A stretch of DNA of 64,000 nt. Source: Elusimicrobiota bacterium (GTDB lineage Bacteria > Elusimicrobiota > Elusimicrobia > UBA1565). Location: positions 32,001 through 96,000 of the forward strand of contig JBDRPD010000034.1 in NCBI GenBank assembly GCA_043827405.1. The letters are read 5' to 3'. A model generated the notes under the pieces. The model searched no databases and was not told the origin of the DNA. It worked only from the letters and a program-made list of their open reading frames with translations. Below are positions 57,915 to 64,000 of the stretch, in pieces (the first letter of the stretch is position 1; every line of letters starts with the position of its first letter). Position numbers and translations under genes: made by a program.

Positions 57915-58508
57915 GTGAGCCGCAAGCTGACCGAACGCCTGATCCGGAAAAAACGCGTTTATTCGGGCCATGCCGTCAATTTTTCCGTCGACAGCATACG
58001 GCTTCCCAACGGCAATCGGGCGGTCCGCGAATACACCGACCATCCGGGGGCGGCGGCGGTCGTTCCTTTCACGTCCGACGGCGAGGTCGTTCTCGTGCGG
58101 CAGTTTCGCTACCCCATCGGCCGGGTGACCATAGAAATCCCCGCCGGCAAGCTTGACGGCGGGGAGCTCCCGCTGCGCTGCGCGAAGCGCGAGCTCACGG
58201 AGGAGACGGGGTTCACCGCCGGCCGCATCCGCCGGTTGACCACGTTTTGGCCGGCGCCAGCTTTTTCCAACGAAACCCTGTATATTTTCGTCGCCGACCG
58301 GCTTCGGCGCGGCTGCGTGCGGCTGGATGAGGACGAGTTTGTCGAAGTGGTTCGGGTCCATTTCCAGAAAGCCTTGGACTGGGTCGTGTCCGGAAAAATC
58401 AAAGATTCTAAAACGATTATCGGCCTTCAGGCCTGCGCGCTCGCAGGATACGGGAGCAAAAGAATGCGCCCACCCGGCGCCGGTCGGTCCGCCGTACGCG
58501 CGCGTTAG
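57915..58508 (+). CDS. Nudix hydrolase (ADP-ribose pyrophosphatase-like)
   Basis: HPGA, RQFRYP, EIPAGKLD.GE....AKRELTEETG, IKDSKT. Confidence 0.93.
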   Translation: MSRKLTERLIRKKRVYSGHAVNFSVDSIRLPNGNRAVREYTDHPGAAAVVPFTSDGEVVLVRQFRYPIGRVTIEIPAGKLDGGELPLRCAKRELTEETGFTAGRIRRLTTFWPAPAFSNETLYIFVADRLRRGCVRLDEDEFVEVVRVHFQKALDWVVSGKIKDSKTIIGLQACALAGYGSKRMRPPGAGRSAVRAR

Positions 58509-58543
58509 CGATTATATCAAAATAAGGCGGACGAGCTAGGAAG

Positions 58544-60595
58544 ATGAATCCCGAGGAAATCCCCGTCTGGAAGCCGCTCTTGAAGCGGATTCCGCTCTTC
58601 CACGATCTCTCGGGCGAGGACCTCGGCAAGGTCGCCGCGTTGCTCAAGCCTTTGTCTTTGCCGCGCGGGGCGACGCTGTTTCATCAGGGTGATGAGGCGG
58701 ACGCTTTCTACGTTATCACCTCGGGGCGGGTCAATCTCGTGACCGAGCGGCAGGGGACCAAGACGATCGCCGGCTCGCTCGGGCGCGGCGATACGCTCGG
58801 TGAGCTGGCGCTGCTGTCGGGACAGCCCCGGCCGATGACGGCCCTGCTCGACACGACGACCGAGTTCCTGGTGCTGTCGAAGAAAGACTTCGCGGCGGTG
58901 CTGCGCAGCGCGCCGTCGATCCTGATGCAGCTGTCGCGGACGCTCTCGACCCAGATCCTGCGCGAGACCAGCGGGCGGCGCGAAGCTCCTCGGCAGAAGC
59001 GCATCCTCGCGCTGGTGGCGGCGCTGGATGAGGATGATCAGTCCCTGTTCACGCTAAACTTCGCTCTGGCGCTGATCGAGCAGACCCGCCGTCGCGTCTT
59101 GTTCGTGGATATGGACCCCGGGGGCGGCCGCTTCGCCAAGGAGTTCGGCCTGAAGCGCAGAACTCTTACCGAGGCGAAGCTGCGGCAGCACAACCTGCGC
59201 GACTCGAGTCTGCTTAAACAATGCGTGCAGACGCATCCCTCGGGTCTCGGGATCATCACTTTGCCGCCGGAGGTGCTGGCGGGACGGCTGTTTAAGAGTA
59301 TTTTTCTCCTCATGAACCTGCTGCGCGAGCACAGCGACTTCGTCGTGCTGTCCATGTCGGGCACGCTGGGCGAGGTTGAAAAATCGGTACTCTACGAGGC
59401 CGACCAATGGATACTTGTGGGCGGCGCGGGCCGCGAGGGGGAGTTCTCCCACTACCAGCGGTCGCTGCGCCGCCTGTCTTCCGAACAGAAAAGCCTGCTC
59501 GAAGTATGGCTGGGCGACAAGCCGCCCACCGCCCTGCGGCTGGGCCAGATCGGCGAATGGGTGCGCATCCCGTGGCCGCGTTCCTTGGCCGTCGCCCATC
59601 GCGGGGGGGCGTCGGCCTTCTCCGTTCTGGACCGGAGCGCGCGCTCCCGTTTCGGGGTGGAGAGCCTGGCCCGGCGGATCGGCGGCCACCGTCTCGGTTT
59701 GGCCCTGGGTACGGGCGCGGCGCTCGGCTACGCGCTGATCGGCATCCTGAAGACCTTCCGCCGCGAGGGCATACCCATTGACGTCGTCTCCGGCACCTCG
59801 ATAGGCTCGGTGATCGGCGGCCTTTATGCGCTGGGGTTGTCGCCGGAGGCGATCGAGGAGATCGCCATCGGCGTGGACAAGGCCTGGGTATGGGAGAACC
59901 TTTTTTGGGACCTGACCATACCCCGTTCTGGATTGTTCGAAGGTACGACCCTGCTGCGTTTTATCCGTTCGTATTTCGGCGACCGGGTATTCAGCGACCT
60001 GGAGATTCCCTTCGCCTGCGTGGCCACCGACATCGAGAACGGCGAGGAGGTCATTTTCAAGGAGGGAAAGGTCGCCGAGGCGGTGCGCTCGAGCTGCGGC
60101 ATCCCGCTGATCTTTCAGCCTTTTAGCTATCAGGGCCGCTTCCTCGTCGACGGCGGCCTGGTGGAGCCGGTGCCGACGCGGGTTCTCAGCCAGCTGGGCG
60201 CCGATATCCTGGTGGCCGTCAACCTGACGGTGCCGGCCGGCGCGCGCAAAACGACGCTGAGCAAGAAGCGGAGCGAACAGACGCTGGCGCAGCGCGAGCT
60301 CGAGAAGCTTAAGAAGCTGACCCTGCCGGAGGCCTTTCAGGCTCCGAACCTGTTTCAGGTTTTCTTCCAGATGATCTACACCATGGAATATGAGATCGCC
60401 CGTACCCGCTCCTCGCTCAGCGACGTCTATATCCATCCGGATTTGACCGGCTTCTCGTGGACCGAGATGCACCGCGCCAAAGAGCTTATTGACGCCGGCG
60501 AAAAGGTGGCCGAGGCGGTGCTGCCCAAAGTCAAGGCGCTGCTGCCCTTCTTTTCGGACTACTGCAAGGTCGACGTGGCGAAGCCGGTCTGGTAG
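58544..60595 (+). CDS. Cyclic-nucleotide-binding domain + MinD/CpaE-like domain + patatin phospholipase
   Basis: LFHQGDEAD.FY.I.SG, GELALL.GQPR; central VLFVDMD...DFVVL; GTSIG, ATDI..G, LVDGG. Confidence 0.88.
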   Translation: MNPEEIPVWKPLLKRIPLFHDLSGEDLGKVAALLKPLSLPRGATLFHQGDEADAFYVITSGRVNLVTERQGTKTIAGSLGRGDTLGELALLSGQPRPMTALLDTTTEFLVLSKKDFAAVLRSAPSILMQLSRTLSTQILRETSGRREAPRQKRILALVAALDEDDQSLFTLNFALALIEQTRRRVLFVDMDPGGGRFAKEFGLKRRTLTEAKLRQHNLRDSSLLKQCVQTHPSGLGIITLPPEVLAGRLFKSIFLLMNLLREHSDFVVLSMSGTLGEVEKSVLYEADQWILVGGAGREGEFSHYQRSLRRLSSEQKSLLEVWLGDKPPTALRLGQIGEWVRIPWPRSLAVAHRGGASAFSVLDRSARSRFGVESLARRIGGHRLGLALGTGAALGYALIGILKTFRREGIPIDVVSGTSIGSVIGGLYALGLSPEAIEEIAIGVDKAWVWENLFWDLTIPRSGLFEGTTLLRFIRSYFGDRVFSDLEIPFACVATDIENGEEVIFKEGKVAEAVRSSCGIPLIFQPFSYQGRFLVDGGLVEPVPTRVLSQLGADILVAVNLTVPAGARKTTLSKKRSEQTLAQRELEKLKKLTLPEAFQAPNLFQVFFQMIYTMEYEIARTRSSLSDVYIHPDLTGFSWTEMHRAKELIDAGEKVAEAVLPKVKALLPFFSDYCKVDVAKPVW

Positions 60596-60596
60596 G

Positions 60597-62003
60597 TTAC
60601 GCTCGTCCGCGCGCAATTCTAAGAAAAGCCCGCACCGCCGACTCCGTTTGCTCCTTTTCGCTGCGCGCGCGCCGGGCATAGCCGGAGTTCGGGAAGAGGC
60701 GGAGCGCCGCGTCATCGACGTAGGCGCGCAGGCGGGAACGCGGCGCCGGCGCCGCCGCGAATAGGCGCACGGTCTCTTTGTACTCCATGACCCGGCCGCC
60801 GTAGCTTTTTAGCTCCGCCAGCGTTCGCGCGAATCCTTTGTCGGCGCGCGCCCAATCCATGGGCGCCGGCTCGCCGGCGTCCGGCGCCAGCAGCGCCGCC
60901 GCCTGCTCTCCGGCGGCGAGCGCGTCCCGGATACGCGTTTCCAGCCCTTTGCCGTGGGCGAGATAGCCGGCGCGGTCCTTCTCTGCCGCCGGCAGCTTCT
61001 TGATGGCGGCGCGCAGGCGCTCATCGAGAAAGCCCGCTAGCGCGCGCAGACGGTAGAGGCGCTCGAGCTGGGCGGCGTAGGCGATCCAGCGCGCGGTTTC
61101 CCGGCGCTTATGCGACAGCGCCGTTAGGAGGAGCGGGGTGATGCCGGAGCGGTGTTTCGCCTTTTCGGCGGTTCGGCTAAAATCCGTCAGCGCGTTTTCC
61201 GCGCGCCTCAGCGCTTGCGCGCGCTGTTTATCGTCCGTCGCGTCGCGAACCAAAGTGCGCTTGAGGTTGTCGATGTCGTGGCGCAGGCCGAAGCGGGGAT
61301 AGGCCAGGGTCGCATGATCCAGGCGGCCGTCCTCGACCAGCGCCGGCGCCCCCGGCGCCCGGCGCCGGTTCATCGCGCTCTGGAAGGCCTGGACCTGCGG
61401 CGAATAGCCGGTGAGGTCGGCGGTGCTCAGCCGTTCGTACAGGCCGCCGCCCGCGGCGGGCGTCCCGCCGGCGCGTTTGTCGGGGGTATAGGAAGACTCG
61501 CCTTCGAAAAAGCGCTTGATGAGCCGGTGGCGCTCCTCGTCCTTAATATCTTCCTCGCCGATAATTTTACGGGTCTCGCGCGCCGCGCTCTCGAGGCGGT
61601 CGACCATCCCTCTGTGCCGCTCGGGATTAACCTCGAACAGGCGGACGATGCGGTTGTGCAGGGACTGTTCGAAGGCGTCGCCGCCGTCGGCATCGTCCTG
61701 TGCGAAGCCTACAGCCAGATGCGCGGCGTCCTCCGGATGGGCGGTGATCCAGCCGCGTATCGTCTCCCGCGCGCGCGGAGAATCCTGCTCGGCGATCTGC
61801 GGGCCGATGCTGGAGCGGAGGATTCTCGCCGCCAGCATGTCCGCGGCGGCGGGGTCGTCCAGCAGTTGGTCGCGAGCCCGGCGCCGGGAGTCGTCCTCTC
61901 GTGTCTCGACCGCCTGTCCCGGAGTCTCCGGGACGCTTTTGATGTCGAGCGCGGACGCCGTGAGGGGGAGGACGCCGGCGAGGACCAGCGGCAGGAGGTT
62001 CAT
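60597..62003 (-). CDS. Exported hypothetical protein, mostly helical
   Basis: Signal peptide MNLLPLVLAGVLPLTASA; ATGA-type coupling to the upstream gene. Confidence 0.7.
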   Translation of the reverse strand: MNLLPLVLAGVLPLTASALDIKSVPETPGQAVETREDDSRRRARDQLLDDPAAADMLAARILRSSIGPQIAEQDSPRARETIRGWITAHPEDAAHLAVGFAQDDADGGDAFEQSLHNRIVRLFEVNPERHRGMVDRLESAARETRKIIGEEDIKDEERHRLIKRFFEGESSYTPDKRAGGTPAAGGGLYERLSTADLTGYSPQVQAFQSAMNRRRAPGAPALVEDGRLDHATLAYPRFGLRHDIDNLKRTLVRDATDDKQRAQALRRAENALTDFSRTAEKAKHRSGITPLLLTALSHKRRETARWIAYAAQLERLYRLRALAGFLDERLRAAIKKLPAAEKDRAGYLAHGKGLETRIRDALAAGEQAAALLAPDAGEPAPMDWARADKGFARTLAELKSYGGRVMEYKETVRLFAAAPAPRSRLRAYVDDAALRLFPNSGYARRARSEKEQTESAVRAFLRIARGRA

Positions 62004-62719
62004 GGGAAACGGTAAAGCAGCTTGCCGCCGGAGCGGACCGCGCCGTCATCGGTCAGTTCGGCGCGGCCGAGTTCGGCGTCAGCCGCCGGGATGTCCTGGC
62101 GTTGTTTCTTCTGCAGGTTCAGCAGGGAATAGGTCAGGGCGCGGTCCTTTTCGCTCCACAAAACCAGGGCATAGCGGCCGTTCGGTGTGAGCCGGATATT
62201 CTCGATTCGCGCCGCGCCGCGGATGCCGGTGATGCGGTTGCCGGTGAACGTATAGGCGTTCACGCTCCAGCCGCCGTCGCGACGCTCCACGACGAGAAAG
62301 GTCTCACCGTCGCGGCTTTGCTCGAGCAGCGGGACGCCCGGCGGCGCGTCGGCGCGGCCGCTCTCCCAGAGGGTTTGGCCCCGGGTTCCCAAATATACCG
62401 CGGTTATGGTCGACGCCAGGATCGTGTCGGTGCGCCCGGGTTTAACCGTCTCGTCTTTGCGCCAATGCCAGGCGAAGCGGCTGTTGAGCGAGATGCCGCC
62501 GCGCATGCGGCGGCGCAGGATAAGCCCGTCCGTGAATTCCACCTCCCACTCGCCGATGCCGATCTCTTCGATCAGCCGCGCATTCCGGTCGAACAGCAGC
62601 AGCGAGGAGCTGGCCGCCGTCCAGCCGCCGCCCGGCGGGGCCTTGGGCGGCCGGGTCTTCGTCTCGCCGCCCAGGGCGGGGACCGCGAGCAGGGCGATGA
62701 GCGCCGCGGTCCGCAGCAT
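62000..62719 (-). CDS. Exported hypothetical protein, beta-rich
   Basis: Signal peptide; propeller-like motifs (SRDGE, TPNGRYALV). Confidence 0.7.
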   Translation of the reverse strand: MLRTAALIALLAVPALGGETKTRPPKAPPGGGWTAASSSLLLFDRNARLIEEIGIGEWEVEFTDGLILRRRMRGGISLNSRFAWHWRKDETVKPGRTDTILASTITAVYLGTRGQTLWESGRADAPPGVPLLEQSRDGETFLVVERRDGGWSVNAYTFTGNRITGIRGAARIENIRLTPNGRYALVLWSEKDRALTYSLLNLQKKQRQDIPAADAELGRAELTDDGAVRSGGKLLYRFP

Positions 62720-62721
62720 CT

Positions 62722-63201
62722 TCAGTTTACCCGGCGCAGCTTAACCGGAGCGTCGGCCGCCCGGTAAAGGCGTATGGCATAAGGCTGGGTGAAAGCCTGG
62801 ATGACGAAGCTCGAGCTCGCCGGCGCCGCCGCGCGGTAGGGCAGAGCTATCGCCTGTCCCGCGGCCGCGGGGGGGAGAAACTCGACGCCGTAGCCGCCGG
62901 TGTTGCGTACGCCGAGAAACACCGCCGCCGCGAAATACTTCTTGAAGTCGACCGGCGGCGCGTCGGCGCCGAAGGCTTCCCGCCAGAGCGCCTTCCATGC
63001 CTCCTCGTCACGGATGACGCGTTCCCCGGCGGCGGCGATTGAGCAGTTGGCGCCTTCCCAGGTAGACGGCGAGACGTCCACGACGATCAGGCCGGATGGG
63101 TCATTCATGGTACCTTGCTCCTTTTCCGCGGGGGTGCGCGCCATGGCGGTCAGCAGGGCGGCCGCCGCGCAAAGGAAGACGCCCGCCCGCAGCCGGCTCA
63201 T
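62722..63201 (-). CDS. PrcB C-terminal-domain (protease complex subunit) family exported protein
   Basis: PPVDF......VFLG.RNTGGYGV...IQAFTQPY. Confidence 0.8.
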   Translation of the reverse strand: MSRLRAGVFLCAAAALLTAMARTPAEKEQGTMNDPSGLIVVDVSPSTWEGANCSIAAAGERVIRDEEAWKALWREAFGADAPPVDFKKYFAAAVFLGVRNTGGYGVEFLPPAAAGQAIALPYRAAAPASSSFVIQAFTQPYAIRLYRAADAPVKLRRVN

Positions 63202-64000
63202 GGGGCCGTGGACGGCAGAGTGAGGATGATGGTCGTGCCTTCGCCGATCCGGCTTTCCAGGCGGACCGAGCCGTTGAGCTTCTGCAGAACCTTGCTGACG
63301 AACGGGAGGCCCAGCCCCCAGCCCTCGATCTGCCCGGTGAAGGATGATTCGACCTGGTAAAACTTCTTAAAGATATTCTCGGTCTCTTCCGGCGGAATGC
63401 CCGGTCCGTTGTCCTGCACGCGTATTTCCACCGTGCCGTTGTCGCCCGGCGCGGCCCACAGCAGCACTTTTCCGCTGCCCTTCTCCGAGAACTTGATTCC
63501 GTTTTCGATCAGGTTCTTCACCGCGTCGCGGATAAGCAGCGGATCGCCGTAAGCGGTTAGTCCCGACGCGGAGCGCAGTTCGGACGCGCCTTGGTAATCT
63601 TCGAGCCAGGTTTCCGTTCCCTTAATGGCGTCCTGCAGGGCTTCGTCCACGGCGAAGGATTTCAGCGCGCAGTCCGCGGCGTCGAGTTCTTCCAGGACTG
63701 TATAGTTGAGCAGCTTCTCCACCAGGACTGCGAGCTTCGACCCCTGGGTGTAGATGGTCTGCAGGCCTCTGACCGCGAACTCCGTTCCCGGCTTCTTCTT
63801 TAGATCGCTCAGCAGCAGCTGGCTGTAGCCCGTCACCGAAGAGAGGGGCGTCTTGAGCTTGTGCGAGATGAGCGAGAGGAAGCTGCGCTTGAGGCCTTCT
63901 TCCTGCTTTTCCTCGGTGACGTCGCGAAAGACGATGACCCGTCCCTGGAGCGCCGATTCGATGAGGGACGCCGTGCCGGCGAGCACCAGCTTTTTAGGCT
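63198..64000 (-). CDS. Sensor histidine kinase (5' end off the window)
   Basis: PAS end (VIVFRDVTEE), H-box SHKLKTPL, N-box NLIENGIKF, DNGPGI, GWGLGL, G.GTT. Confidence 0.93.
   Translation of the reverse strand, partial: PKKLVLAGTASLIESALQGRVIVFRDVTEEKQEEGLKRSFLSLISHKLKTPLSSVTGYSQLLLSDLKKKPGTEFAVRGLQTIYTQGSKLAVLVEKLLNYTVLEELDAADCALKSFAVDEALQDAIKGTETWLEDYQGASELRSASGLTAYGDPLLIRDAVKNLIENGIKFSEKGSGKVLLWAAPGDNGTVEIRVQDNGPGIPPEETENIFKKFYQVESSFTGQIEGWGLGLPFVSKVLQKLNGSVRLESRIGEGTTIILTLPSTAP

Noticed and set aside
49356..60595. Patatins as CBASS/anti-phage effectors
   Set aside because: No CD-NTase or other defence genes nearby; both look like RssA/NTE-type patatins in housekeeping context.
1..64000. 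CRISPR arrays, rRNA, tRNA, tandem DNA repeats
   Set aside because: Intergenic gaps are nearly all under 100 bp and show no repeat-spacer or cloverleaf pattern; GCG/GCC runs are Ala codons.

Overview
A very gene-dense, GC-rich 64-kb chromosomal window from a diderm bacterium. The pilin family and gene style suggest Elusimicrobiota, which is my inference and not a database result. About 46 kb (834-46304) is a cell-surface locus. It opens with a type IV pilus assembly operon (pilMNOPQ) that runs directly into an O-antigen-ligase/OTase-like gene and a large glycosylation cassette. The cassette holds about 8 GT-C-type membrane glycosyltransferases, 5 Dol-P-Man-synthase-like GT2s, a flippase-like protein, two methyltransferases, an AsnB-type amidotransferase, an Fcl-like epimerase, the full GDP-D-glycero-alpha-D-manno-heptose pathway (hddC-gmhB-hddA-gmhA), a WecA/MraY-family transferase and a flavoprotein. 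No Wzx/Wzz/Wzm/Wzt was recognised. In the middle sit a divergent VTC-domain polyphosphate polymerase + DUF4956 + CotH-kinase/beta-helix module, a type IV pilin-like gene and a glgM-glgE alpha-glucan pair. The right part holds a 9-gene minus-strand envelope/dapF-dapA run, a receiver protein, dnaE, a Nudix hydrolase, a cNMP/degenerate MinD-CpaE/patatin fusion, exported hypotheticals and a truncated histidine kinase. Notable non-coding signals are a terminator-like hairpin in the pilM leader and several -10 boxes only 6-8 nt before start codons (leaderless architecture). No rRNA, tRNA, CRISPR array or mobile element was seen. All assignments come from motif recognition by eye; many starts were trimmed relative to the ORF track using stop/start overlaps and RBS.
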